From the NCBI GenBank assembly GCA_964500125.1, contig CAZCMV010000003.1:11523-75522 (forward strand): a DNA stretch of 64,000 bases, given 5' to 3'. The notes beneath the pieces were generated by a model. The model had not been told where the DNA came from. It did no database searches and saw only the letters and a list, made by a program, of their open reading frames with translations. The stretch comes from an uncultured Bdellovibrionales bacterium (lineage in GTDB: Bacteria > Patescibacteriota > Minisyncoccia > Moranbacterales > GWC2-37-73). Numbering within the stretch: the first letter of the stretch is position 1; every line of letters starts with the position of its first letter. Made by a program: the position numbers and the translations under genes. This document shows positions 54,969 to 64,000 of the stretch, in pieces.

Positions 54969-57900
54969 CTATCTCTCGTCATTTTTGACGAACGTTTTAA
55001 ACAAGATCGGAATAATAAAGAGGGTAAAGAATGAAGAAATGGTGAGGCCGAAGATTATGGCACTGCCCAAGGCAGTCCACATCTCATTGGAAAGTGTGAT
55101 CGGGATGATGCCGGCGATAGTGCAGATAGAAGTGATGAAAATCGCTTCCAGTCGAGATTTTCCTGCGTCGACAATGGAATCATCAAATCCAATGCCACTC
55201 TCGATATTTAAATTTATTTTATCAATAAGGATAATAGCGTTTTTCACCACGATACCAAACAAAGCCAATATGCCGATGAGTCCGGGAAAACTCAAGGATA
55301 CGCCAAACGTCGCCATACCGATAAACACGCCAATTAGAGCGAGCGGCAAAGTTACCAATACAATTATTGATTTTTTGAAAGAGTTAAATTGAATGATCAA
55401 AGTTGAAATGATCAAAACTGCGGCGACGGCCATGGCGCGGACAATGGATAGAACAGATTCTTGATTCTGCTCGTTTTCGCCGCCATAAGTTATTTCATAT
55501 CCCTGGGGAAGCTGGTATTCTTCGGCAACTTTTTTCTGAAATTGAGTAAGGACATCATTTGGTCTGGTTTTGCCTTCAACTCCAGCGCTGAGAATGGCTA
55601 CGCGCTTTTGATCAATGTGGCTGATTGTTTCTATGGATGGTTCTAGTTTTATCGTTGCGACATCTTTGATAAATACGGGGTTTCCTTGCAAGTTGGTGAG
55701 TTGGATGTTTTGAACAGCTTCAAGATTAGGCAGTTTGTTCTTGTCGAAACGAGCTGTCACGTCATATTCCTTGTTGTTTTTGATAATTGTGGAAACATCA
55801 ACGCCGGAAATTGCCATACGGATAGAAGAACCAACATATGTTGCGTTAAGACCGTATAATTCCATTTTCACGGGATCAAGTGTAAAAGTATATTGGGCCG
55901 GAGCTTCTTTAAGGGAGGAATCTATATTTACAACACCGTCGATTGTGGTCAGCTTCTTTTCCAAGTCTTTTGTTATGTTGTCTAAAACTTGCAAATCATC
56001 ACCGCTAATTTGCGCCTCAAAAGCACTGCCTGATGGCGGACCGCCCTGTTGTGATTCTACGGTAATATTTGCTCCCTCAATGCCGGATAGCGTTTCTCGG
56101 ATGTCTTTTTCCAACTCATAGGAAGTTTTATCACGACTTTCCTTATCAACTAGGGTTATTGTTATTGCGGCCAAGTGAGTTGAGCCGGAAGAACCACTTT
56201 TACCAACGATCGTGGAAAAGTTCTTAATTTGAGGGAATGTCAGCAGTTTTTCTTCAACTTGTTTTGCAATATTGTCTGTCTTGGCAAGATTTAGACCGAT
56301 AGGGGCTTCTAAATCTACGTAGATAGTTCCTTGGTCGGATACTGGAAAAAATTCGGAAGGAACTACGCCGGTTATGGGCAGGATTATTGCTCCGATGAAT
56401 AAAACAAGAGTGGTTAATAAAGTAGTCCAACGCCTTTTTTTGGTGGATAGAACTGCCTTTAAATATTTTTCATATATGGGAACAATTTTGTCAAAATGAA
56501 TAATTCCGTGTATTAGTTTGCTGGAAAAAGATGAATCTTCAGCGCTACCCTGCAAGGCTAATTTTTTCTTGATAAGTTCATCATCTTTCCATTCTTTTTT
56601 GGCTAAAGCTTCATTGGCGAGTAATTTTCTTTTACCTTTGGTGCGATACCACCAAAAAAGCCAAGCTGCCATAGTCAAAGAAATTGCGGTTAACGCGCTG
56701 CCAAGAGTAGATTTGCTGGCAAAACCTGCTATCGCTAGGCCTAAAAGAATAACTATATTGGTGCGAAAGATATTACGTGTGAAGCGGATGCGTTCCAGTA
56801 CGGCGGCAAGTGGATGATTGACTACCAGAGCAATAAGTAGGGAGGTTATAAGTGTTACCGAAACAGTTATCGGAATTGAGCGTATATATGAACCAATAAT
56901 TCCGCTTGAAAAAAGAAGTGGTAAAAACGCCCAAGTGGTCGCCAAGGTAGTCGAGGTGAGAACGACTTTGAAATCGTTAAGCACGAGCAAAACCGCTTCT
57001 TCTGGCGTAAATTTTCCCGTACGCATGTATTGTTTGGTTGCGCTTACTACCACAATTGCATCATCAACAAGCAAACCCAAAGAAAGCAGCAAAGAAAACA
57101 AAGAGAGAAAATTCAAGGTTATGCCCGTAAGAAGCATTATTCCGAATGTTGCGAAAAATACCAAAGGTATGGCTAGACCAGCTACAATCGCCTCCTTGAA
57201 ACCTACAATAAGAAACAAGATAGTCATCACTAACGCCAAGGTCAGAATAAAATCATGAGATAGTTGGTCGAAATCATCGCGGATGAATTCGGACATGTCA
57301 GTGGTTGTATCATGGGAAATTCCTTCGGGAAATGTTTTAACCATTGTCTCAATGGTCTTTTTGCATTCATCGGTGGTTTCTATTATAGATCCACCGGTTT
57401 TTTTAATGATGCTTATGGTGACTGCTTCTTGCGGTTTGTTGCCATTAATTGAAAGACGCGAATACACATTTCTTTCGATCGCTGTTTCTTTAACTGAGGC
57501 AACATCCTTCAATTGAACTATTGCCATGCCATTGTGTTTGATGGGGATTTCGCCTAATGATTGTTCGTCAAAAAAGCGCGCGTCTGTGCGTACGGGATAA
57601 TTAAAAGAGGTTCCTTCGAAATTTCCGCCAGCTATTGCAACGTTGGTTGCACTTATAGCTGAGTTTGCTTGACTTGCAGTAATGCCATAGAGGGAAAGTT
57701 TTTGTGGGTCATAGGCAACCTCAAATTCTTTTTCGTCTCCTCCCGATATGTTTACCTCGCGGACTCCGGAAATTTTTTCCAACTCATCTTGTAATTTCTC
57801 TGCATAAGTTCGCAGAGTAAGACCGTCATATGGTCCAGAAAGAGAAAAAGTAAAAATCGGACTGTCATCAAATGAAATTTCGTTTACAAAAGGGTCGTTT

Positions 57901-58331
57901 GCATCAGCAGGCAAGTCCTTTATTGTTGAAACCTTGTCGCGTAGGTTGCGCAAAGCTTCATCTTGATCTTCGCTGCTATCAAATTCCACCGCAATTGAAG
58001 AGATTGAGTTGAAAGAGTCGGAAGTGATTTTTTTTACTCCCTTGATGCTGGAAATTTCAGTTTCAATTTTTTTGGTTACCAACTCTTCAATATCGGAAGG
58101 TGATGTTCCAGGGAAAGATGTTACTACCATTGCATAAGGTATTTTCACCTCCGGATTGGATTCACGGGGAAGGCTTATGAAGGAATATGTTCCCCAAGCA
58201 CTAAGCAGAATAATCAAAAGAATAACTACGCGAAAATTGGTTACGAAAAAATTAAGCCATGTTTTGCGAAGTTCCGGTTTGAATTCAAGTTTTTCCAGAT
58301 ATCTGGAATCTGAAGATTGTTGTTTTTTCAT
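54969..58331 (-). CDS. RND-family efflux transporter permease (AcrB/HAE-like, 12-TM), 1120 aa.
   Basis: Two large extracytoplasmic loops and two 6-TM bundles. Length and hydropathy typical of the RND superfamily. Confidence 0.75.
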   Translation of the reverse strand: MKKQQSSDSRYLEKLEFKPELRKTWLNFFVTNFRVVILLIILLSAWGTYSFISLPRESNPEVKIPYAMVVTSFPGTSPSDIEELVTKKIETEISSIKGVKKITSDSFNSISSIAVEFDSSEDQDEALRNLRDKVSTIKDLPADANDPFVNEISFDDSPIFTFSLSGPYDGLTLRTYAEKLQDELEKISGVREVNISGGDEKEFEVAYDPQKLSLYGITASQANSAISATNVAIAGGNFEGTSFNYPVRTDARFFDEQSLGEIPIKHNGMAIVQLKDVASVKETAIERNVYSRLSINGNKPQEAVTISIIKKTGGSIIETTDECKKTIETMVKTFPEGISHDTTTDMSEFIRDDFDQLSHDFILTLALVMTILFLIVGFKEAIVAGLAIPLVFFATFGIMLLTGITLNFLSLFSLLLSLGLLVDDAIVVVSATKQYMRTGKFTPEEAVLLVLNDFKVVLTSTTLATTWAFLPLLFSSGIIGSYIRSIPITVSVTLITSLLIALVVNHPLAAVLERIRFTRNIFRTNIVILLGLAIAGFASKSTLGSALTAISLTMAAWLFWWYRTKGKRKLLANEALAKKEWKDDELIKKKLALQGSAEDSSFSSKLIHGIIHFDKIVPIYEKYLKAVLSTKKRRWTTLLTTLVLFIGAIILPITGVVPSEFFPVSDQGTIYVDLEAPIGLNLAKTDNIAKQVEEKLLTFPQIKNFSTIVGKSGSSGSTHLAAITITLVDKESRDKTSYELEKDIRETLSGIEGANITVESQQGGPPSGSAFEAQISGDDLQVLDNITKDLEKKLTTIDGVVNIDSSLKEAPAQYTFTLDPVKMELYGLNATYVGSSIRMAISGVDVSTIIKNNKEYDVTARFDKNKLPNLEAVQNIQLTNLQGNPVFIKDVATIKLEPSIETISHIDQKRVAILSAGVEGKTRPNDVLTQFQKKVAEEYQLPQGYEITYGGENEQNQESVLSIVRAMAVAAVLIISTLIIQFNSFKKSIIVLVTLPLALIGVFIGMATFGVSLSFPGLIGILALFGIVVKNAIILIDKINLNIESGIGFDDSIVDAGKSRLEAIFITSICTIAGIIPITLSNEMWTALGSAIIFGLTISSFFTLFIIPILFKTFVKNDER

Positions 58332-58338
58332 ATGATAG

Positions 58339-59427
58339 TTAGTCCTGAATTTTTACTTTGCTGCCATCTTTGAGAAGCTTGCTTCCTTCGATTGCTATTT
58401 GTGCATCTTCTTTTAAATCAGCTTTTATTTCGGCGTTTTCTCCAAAAATTCGGACAATTTCGAAACCTACTTTTTTAGCCGTGTTGTTTTCAATTACAAA
58501 AATATAATTTTCATTTTGAGCTATATTCATTGCTGAAAGAGGCAATAAGATATTTTGCTCATCGATAACACTGTCGGTTTGCCGTATCTTCACGGAAAGA
58601 ATTGCCCCTGGTTTTAGGGAGAGGGTCTGATCTGGTTGTGCGTCTATTTGAAATCTTTTTGTTATGTTGTCCGCTTGCGGCGATATGTTTGTTATGGTGG
58701 CTTCGCTTGTTGAGCCGTCGGATGAAACGACAGAAATCTTGCCCCCTATTTTTAGAAAGGGTACTCTTTCTTGCTCCACAAAAAAGCTGAGTTTAACTTT
58801 ATTAGTTTTGCTGATAACGGCAATTGTTTGTCCAGCAGTAACAGAATCTCCCACGGATACATTTTTAGAAACAACTGAGCCACTAATTGGCGAAGTTATG
58901 TTATGAGAATCCAGGGCGCTTTTTAAGGATATGTTTGCATTTTCCAATTGAAGCTTGGCAAGATCTTTTGCTGTTCTAGTGGTGGGTGTGCTATCCTCAT
59001 TTTTGTTTTTTTTAGCCAATCTTAAATTTTCTTCTGCTTGCTGGATCGCTATTTCCAACTGTTGAATTTGAATGCTTTTGAGATTGTTTTCACCCGTTCC
59101 CAGATTGAAGCCAGTATCGTCAATTTTTGCCAAAAAACTGCCAGCGGCAACGTTTTTGCCGAGATCGAAATTGAGCGCCGTGATTGTACCTGAAGTTTTT
59201 GCGGTGATCGTGGCCTCTTGATCCGCGTTTACTGTGGCTGGATATTCGTTGATGTTGATAATACTTTTACTTTCAGAAACATTTTGCGTGCTTACGGATA
59301 TGGATTTTTCGGGAGCAGGAGTGGTTTCGCCGGTTGATTTTTCGACGGAACTTCTGAAAATTATTAATCCTGTGAATAAAACGATAGGTAATATTATAAA
59401 AAATATGTTTTTCTTCATGATTTGCAT
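58339..59427 (-). CDS. Efflux periplasmic adaptor / membrane fusion protein (HlyD/AcrA-like).
   Basis: N-terminal TM, coiled-coil 'LEIAIQQAEENLRLAKKNK', beta-barrel/lipoyl-like regions. 8 nt upstream of the RND gene. Confidence 0.7.
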   Translation of the reverse strand: MQIMKKNIFFIILPIVLFTGLIIFRSSVEKSTGETTPAPEKSISVSTQNVSESKSIININEYPATVNADQEATITAKTSGTITALNFDLGKNVAAGSFLAKIDDTGFNLGTGENNLKSIQIQQLEIAIQQAEENLRLAKKNKNEDSTPTTRTAKDLAKLQLENANISLKSALDSHNITSPISGSVVSKNVSVGDSVTAGQTIAVISKTNKVKLSFFVEQERVPFLKIGGKISVVSSDGSTSEATITNISPQADNITKRFQIDAQPDQTLSLKPGAILSVKIRQTDSVIDEQNILLPLSAMNIAQNENYIFVIENNTAKKVGFEIVRIFGENAEIKADLKEDAQIAIEGSKLLKDGSKVKIQD

Positions 59428-59438
59428 GGCTTTGCTTG

Positions 59439-59897
59439 TTATTTATTATGACTTAACTCCAATCTTTTCTCTTCTTTGGCGATTACTTGCTGTAATCTAT
59501 CCATAAAGGCAAAATGGGCGGCAAGTTCCTTTTTAGAAAAATATTTTTCCAGGTACATATTTGCTTTTTCGATATATTTTTCGGCTTCCGAAAGTTTTTT
59601 CTTGCCTTTTGATGTTAGCGATAAAATTACTTTTCGTTTGTCGGATTTAATATCGGCGTGTTTCCTGGTGACGAGACCTTGTTTTTCCAAGAAGTCCAAT
59701 CGCTGGCTTATATTCGACCTGGTACCACCTATGATTTCCAATATTTTGGTAGGCGTTTTGCATTCGGGGCATTTTTTGAGGACAAACATTATTTTAATGC
59801 TTGCCGCAGTCATGCCAAATAAGCTAAAAATGTGCTTGTTGCCGATGTTCTCCAGACGCATGGCAGTATGGATAATTGTTTCCGAAATAGTTTTCAT
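59439..59897 (-). CDS. MarR-family transcriptional regulator.
   Basis: wHTH 'RSNISQRLDFLEKQGLVTRKHADIKSDKRKVILSLTSKG'. First gene of the marR-MFP-RND operon. Confidence 0.75.
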   Translation of the reverse strand: MKTISETIIHTAMRLENIGNKHIFSLFGMTAASIKIMFVLKKCPECKTPTKILEIIGGTRSNISQRLDFLEKQGLVTRKHADIKSDKRKVILSLTSKGKKKLSEAEKYIEKANMYLEKYFSKKELAAHFAFMDRLQQVIAKEEKRLELSHNK

Positions 59898-60050
59898 AAA
59901 TTAAAAAGATATTCTCGTTACTAATTAATCCATGAATAGTTTACCCATTAACAAAATAATTGTCAAGAGTTTTTAATATTAATTATGAATAAATCCAGAA
60001 CCTTGATTTTCATGTGTCACATTTATAACGTGGTTTTGTTAATGGAGGAC

Positions 60051-60079
60051 TTGCTTTTTGTCTTTAAATGGTGTATAAT
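60051..60079 (+). promoter_or_regulatory. Promoter-like element TTGCTT, 17-nt spacer, TATAAT. Paralogous to the promoter at about 46613.
   Basis: Downstream leader agatatagaaatgtgag... matches the leader of the 957-aa gene. Confidence 0.4.
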
Positions 60080-60109
60080 AGATATAGAAATGTGAGAAAC
60101 AAGCGAAAA

Positions 60110-60132
60110 AACGGGTGAAATGCCCGTTTTTT
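60110..60132 (+). promoter_or_regulatory. Leader hairpin plus U-tract AACGGG-TGAAATG-CCCGTT-TTTT. Second copy of the element at about 46665.
   Basis: Near-identical stem to the other copy; loop differs by 1 nt. Confidence 0.5.
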
Positions 60133-60158
60133 CTTTATTTTTTACAAAAAACAAAAAA

Positions 60159-60770
60159 ATGACTAAAAAAAGCAAAAAAAACATATATTTGGGACTTGAT
60201 TTGGGTAATGTTAGTCCGTCTCGTGCCCGTATACTGGGACTTATTATCGCTATTATATTTTTAGAGACTTATTTGGTCGTCTATCAAAATATTCAACGCG
60301 AAGAAGTTGTTATGGTGCCTACGATTCAGAAAGTATCCCCTAAAAAAAGTACGGTTTTGGAAAAAGAGATCAAAGAGATGGTTAAGGGATATCCGATTGA
60401 AGAAATGACACCCTATATTGCATCATATGATCGTGAGGTGGCTGCATTTTTGGTGGGTATTGCTAAAAAGGAAAGCAATTGGGGAAAAAGAAAACCTGTG
60501 CTTGCCGGCGAGGATTGTTACAACTATTGGGGATTTCGCATGAAGTCCGAGCGCATGGGCAGTGGAGGTCATACTTGTTTCGATAACCCCAAGGAAGCGG
60601 TTGATGCTGTGGCCAGTCGTATTGATCAAATGGTTAAAGAAGAAAATCTTGATACTCCTAAAAAAATGGCGGTGTGGAAATGCGGATATAATTGTACTCA
60701 TCCCACAGCCAGTGTGAAAAAATGGGAACAAGATGTTGAATATTATTATGATCAGCTTGCTGATAAATAA
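60159..60770 (+). CDS. Secreted/anchored protein with a lytic-transglycosylase-like 'ES' motif (putative cell-wall hydrolase).
   Basis: N-terminal TM; 'AAFLVGIAKKESNWGKRK' resembles the SLT catalytic Glu-Ser region; 4 Cys. Start set at MTKKSKK; the track ORF begins inside the leader hairpin. Confidence 0.4.
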   Translation: MTKKSKKNIYLGLDLGNVSPSRARILGLIIAIIFLETYLVVYQNIQREEVVMVPTIQKVSPKKSTVLEKEIKEMVKGYPIEEMTPYIASYDREVAAFLVGIAKKESNWGKRKPVLAGEDCYNYWGFRMKSERMGSGGHTCFDNPKEAVDAVASRIDQMVKEENLDTPKKMAVWKCGYNCTHPTASVKKWEQDVEYYYDQLADK

Positions 60771-60976
60771 TTTATGAATTTTTTTAGGAAGGCTATTGGT
60801 ATCACGATAGCCTTTTTTCGTTTTTCAAATCATGCTAAAATAACTTAGTAACAAATTAAGTAAGTTTCTGTTTATAATCTATTTGAGTATCTCGAAGCAT
60901 GTTATTTGTATATTTGTACAGATTCGTATTTCGTAGGGCAGGCGTTTATATTTTTACAGAAACCTAGATAACTTTC

Positions 60977-61348
60977 ATGAAAGACATCCAAGGAGTGTTC
61001 GATCGGATCCGAGAGATCAGAAAGGAACAAAAAGAACTCAAAGAAATGTATAAAGACGCTTTGGTGCAGGCGGACAAATATGAGGAAATAACCGAGCAAA
61101 TCAAAGAATTGCGCGAACAGAAAAAGCAAATTGAGGCGCGCATCCAGGCGGAGATGGGTAAGGCCTATGAAAAACTCGAAGATTTGAAACATGAGATGGA
61201 ATCAGAAAAGGAAATGATGAATGACATTGCTATTTCTACACTTATGAAAGGCGAAACGGTGGTGGTAACCGATGAATATCAAAATTCATACGATCCGCAA
61301 TATTCGGTTAAGTTCAAGAAAGCGGATTATGGAAAGACAGCAGAGTAA
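60977..61348 (+). CDS. Hypothetical coiled-coil protein, 123 aa.
   Basis: Highly charged E/K-rich heptad-like sequence. Confidence 0.45.
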   Translation: MKDIQGVFDRIREIRKEQKELKEMYKDALVQADKYEEITEQIKELREQKKQIEARIQAEMGKAYEKLEDLKHEMESEKEMMNDIAISTLMKGETVVVTDEYQNSYDPQYSVKFKKADYGKTAE

Positions 61349-61366
61349 CTTTTAGGCGTTAGCTTC

Positions 61367-61383
61367 TTCGCCAGCTGGCGGAA
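61367..61383. repeat. Palindrome-family copy CTTCGCCAGCTGGCGGAAG (core CGCCAGCTGGCG), 19 nt after the preceding stop.
   Basis: 12-bp perfect core shared with the copies at about 38528 and 43547. Confidence 0.6.
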
Positions 61384-61505
61384 GATTGTAGCTTTTAGGA
61401 AATACAAAAAGGCTCGCGGGAAATCGCGAGTTTTTGATACATATTTTACTGGTTATGTGTCTTGTCTAAAAGTGAAAAATAGATGATAATTAGGCGAACT
61501 TTCAT

Positions 61506-62465
61506 ATGGAAACTAATTTTTGGAAAAAATTGAAGAGGCCTTTTATTGCTTCGGCGCCGATGGCTGAGATTACAGACGTGGCTTTTCGCCAGATGCTTGT
61601 TAAATATGGCAAACCGGATGTTATTTATGCGGAATTTGTTTCGGCGGACGGGCTCAATAGTGAAGGGAGAGACGCTTTGATCGGCAGGCTGAAATTTGAA
61701 GAAAATGAACACCCCATTGTAGCGCAGTTTTTTGGCGCGAATCCCGAGAATATGCGAGAGTGTGCTAAATTAGCTGTGGAGCTTGGTTTTGACGGCGTGG
61801 AAGTGAATATGGGTTGTCCAGATAGGGCTGTAATTAAGCAAGGTGCAGGCAGCGCGCTCATAAAAAACCCTACGCTAGCGCGCGAGCTGATCAGGGCTGC
61901 CAAAGAAGGTGTGGCCGGCAAAATCCCGGTTTCGGTCAAAACGCGTATCGGTTATTCAACAAATGAAATTGAAACATGGATCCCGCAAATTCTGGCGGAA
62001 AAACCAGATGCACTCATCATTCATGGGCGCACGCGCAAGCAAGCATTTGCCGGCAGCGCTGATTGGGAAGTGATTGGTAAAGTTGCCAAGCTTGCTAAAG
62101 AAGCGGGCGTCACAGTGATTGGCAATGGTGACGTGAAGACAAAACAAGAAGCTTTGCAAAAAGCCAATAAATATGGGGTGGATGGTGTGATGATAGGACG
62201 CGCGTTTTTTGGTAATCCATGGCTGTGCGGCGAAAAAAACATGGAAGAAATATCTATCAAAGAGAGATTGGCAGCACTTGTTGAATATCTTAAATTAAAT
62301 TTAAAATATTTTCCTGGTGCTAAATTTCACGACACTAAAAAACATATTGCCATGTATGTACGCGGTTTTGACGGGGCGAGGGAATTGCGGATGAAGTTGA
62401 TGGATGCAGATAGTCTCGAAGATGTTGAAAAGAGGATTTGCGAATATTTATTAGTGAAGATATAA
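61506..62465 (+). CDS. dusB: tRNA-dihydrouridine synthase (Dus family).
   Basis: 'FIASAPMAEITDVAFRQM', 'GVEVNMGCP', 'HGRTRKQ' FMN/TIM-barrel Dus motifs. Confidence 0.8.
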   Translation: METNFWKKLKRPFIASAPMAEITDVAFRQMLVKYGKPDVIYAEFVSADGLNSEGRDALIGRLKFEENEHPIVAQFFGANPENMRECAKLAVELGFDGVEVNMGCPDRAVIKQGAGSALIKNPTLARELIRAAKEGVAGKIPVSVKTRIGYSTNEIETWIPQILAEKPDALIIHGRTRKQAFAGSADWEVIGKVAKLAKEAGVTVIGNGDVKTKQEALQKANKYGVDGVMIGRAFFGNPWLCGEKNMEEISIKERLAALVEYLKLNLKYFPGAKFHDTKKHIAMYVRGFDGARELRMKLMDADSLEDVEKRICEYLLVKI

Positions 62466-62472
62466 TTTTTTT

Positions 62473-63459
62473 ATGGATAAGAAAAATACTTTGAGAATTT
62501 CTTTTTGGTTGTTTTTTTTGCCGGTATTTGTAGCCGGTACTTTTTTGTTGAAGCAAAAATACGTTGAAAATTATGTTTGGATACCAACAGGAGATATTTT
62601 GGTTGTTGATTCTAAATCGAACGCAAAAAAGGAAAACGGATCTGAAATTTATCCTTTTCGAACTATAAATGCAGCTTTGGAAGCTGTGGCTAATAAAAGG
62701 GATTTTCACAAAATTGTCATAAAGGAAGGATTGTATGCGGAAACTTTGCAATTGAACGGAGATATTTCTCTGATAGGTTTAGGTGAGGTAAAAATAGTAA
62801 ATGATGATATTTTGAAAAATACTATAGAGATAATATCCGGAAGACCTTTTTTGTATAATTTAGAAATTTCAGGAGGGAAGGATGCGATTTTCTTGCGTAA
62901 AGATGCTGGGGCAAATATCAATCATTGTGAAATGATGCGGGCTAATCATTATGGAATTTCGAATGAATCACAAGATGCAACATCGGATGAAAAGGGTATT
63001 AACGTCTATCATTCGAAGATTGCTTTTAATGGTTCACAGGGAATGTATTTGCGCAAGGCAAAAATTTTTGTGGCCAATTGTCTTGTTGAGAAAAATGATG
63101 AAGAAGGAATTGATTTACACACAGGTGTTCTTGGTGTGATTAGAGATAATGAAATAATCGATAATGGTGAAGGTGGAATTGAAACTGAAATTGGAGATAA
63201 CGATTTGATTATTGAAAACAATAAGATTATGCGCAATAAAGCAAGTGGTATAAATTTGCAATCTTCAATTGAAAACGCTCGTGTTTTAATAACAGGCAAT
63301 GAAATAAAAGAAAACGCGAATTTCGGTATTCGTTGCTCCTATCACAGTGATGTTATTCGACCCTACTTTGCCAAATATATGACAATTGTGCCGGATAATG
63401 ATATTTCAAATAATGGCGAGGGATCAATGCCTGGAACTTGTACAAACAAGGATAAGTAA
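62473..63459 (+). CDS. Membrane-anchored parallel beta-helix repeat protein (pectin-lyase-fold-like).
   Basis: N-terminal TM; repeated 'NNGEGGIETEIGDNDLIIENNKIMRNKASGINL' PbH1-type units. Confidence 0.5.
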   Translation: MDKKNTLRISFWLFFLPVFVAGTFLLKQKYVENYVWIPTGDILVVDSKSNAKKENGSEIYPFRTINAALEAVANKRDFHKIVIKEGLYAETLQLNGDISLIGLGEVKIVNDDILKNTIEIISGRPFLYNLEISGGKDAIFLRKDAGANINHCEMMRANHYGISNESQDATSDEKGINVYHSKIAFNGSQGMYLRKAKIFVANCLVEKNDEEGIDLHTGVLGVIRDNEIIDNGEGGIETEIGDNDLIIENNKIMRNKASGINLQSSIENARVLITGNEIKENANFGIRCSYHSDVIRPYFAKYMTIVPDNDISNNGEGSMPGTCTNKDK

Positions 63460-63465
63460 AAAAGG

Positions 63466-63493
63466 TTGATTGTTTTCATATATGGGATATAAT
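63466..63493 (+). promoter_or_regulatory. Sigma70-like promoter: TTGATT, 16-nt spacer, TATAAT.
   Basis: Followed by RBS AGAGGAGG and the ATG at 63534. Confidence 0.45.
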
Positions 63494-63533
63494 CACTTTT
63501 GAGTAGTAAAATACCAATAAGAGGAGGATAGGG

Positions 63534-63716
63534 ATGGATATCTTTAAAGTTGTTACCGTGTTGGCGATGGTTGGTTCTTCTGTTATTGTGATTGCAAATT
63601 ATTTGGCGAGTTTTGATGTCAAACACACGTTCTTTGGCGAATTTGCAGGAAAAATGATGATGACCGGAGTCGGTATTGTTTCTTTTTGTTCGTTTTTTAT
63701 GGCGCTAGATATATAG
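63534..63716 (+). CDS. Small two-TM membrane protein, 60 aa.
   Basis: Strong RBS GAGGAGG with 7-nt spacing; hydrophobic. Confidence 0.45.
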   Translation: MDIFKVVTVLAMVGSSVIVIANYLASFDVKHTFFGEFAGKMMMTGVGIVSFCSFFMALDI

Positions 63717-63782
63717 CAGCCGGTTATTTAAAAGGGTTACACAAATTGTTTGCGTAACCCTTTTTTCATTTCCACGTATTTT

Positions 63783-63977
63783 TCACGCGGCTTTTTCTTG
63801 TTTATTTTGCACGAGAGACTCCAAGCGATCCAACCAAGATTTATTACCGTTACTTTTTTCCAACATGTCAATTAATTCTTTGATTGAATCGAGATATGAT
63901 TCAATATTTTGTTTGCTGGAAAAAAATAGATAATTGCGAAAAACTTTTTCAGGTAGGTTGCAAATATAATCAAGCAA
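63783..63977 (-). CDS. Hypothetical protein; may extend beyond the window end.
   Basis: ORF only. Confidence 0.2.
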   Translation of the reverse strand: MLDYICNLPEKVFRNYLFFSSKQNIESYLDSIKELIDMLEKSNGNKSWLDRLESLVQNKQEKAA

Positions 63978-64000
63978 TGATCGTTCGCTTCCTAATGGGA

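Overview
Low-GC, compact, gene-dense bacterial chromosome segment with an architecture typical of a reduced-genome, possibly CPR/Patescibacteria-like, organism. No rRNA genes and no CRISPR arrays were seen.

Housekeeping backbone: pcrA/uvrD (5'-partial), xerC/D, nusA, family-II inorganic pyrophosphatase, tig-clpP, iPGM, rny, hup, nth, corA, alr, ychF, pyk, dnaG-rpoD, dusB. Four tRNAs were identified by hand: Pro-TGG, Arg-CCG, Ser-GGA and Asn-GTT.

Accessory regions that deserve attention:
1. A VirB6/TrbL-like polytopic membrane protein followed by three tandem small TrbC/VirB2-like (CPR 'T4SS pilin'-type) genes, 4.7-9.7 kb.
2. A tRNA-Asn locus carrying a GIY-YIG nuclease gene flanked by 15-bp direct repeats of the tRNA 5' end. 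An inverted pseudo-tRNA 3' fragment lies nearby. A Fic-family gene, a 96-aa gene and a NYN-RNase gene follow, the Fic gene behind a consensus promoter with three direct repeats.
3. A roughly 10-kb run of secreted or surface-protein genes, 41.6-52.6 kb. It includes two paralogues with a shared C-terminal 'GxYAxTLT..TGRF' motif and a signal-plus-C-terminal-anchor protein, reminiscent of WxL/DUF916 'csc' clusters. It also includes a 957-aa repeat-rich surface protein and a LytR_C protein.
4. A marR-MFP-RND efflux operon.
5. Several unusual DNA-level features:
- pervasive 7-bp-period tandem repeats in intergenic DNA, and as in-frame insertions inside pyk and dnaG;
- a recurrent 16-bp palindrome, TCCGCCAGCTGGCGGA;
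- duplicated hairpin terminator modules;
- a conserved promoter-leader-hairpin element upstream of two unrelated secreted-protein genes.

Coordinates of non-CDS features were counted by hand from the printed sequence and may be off by 1-2 nt.
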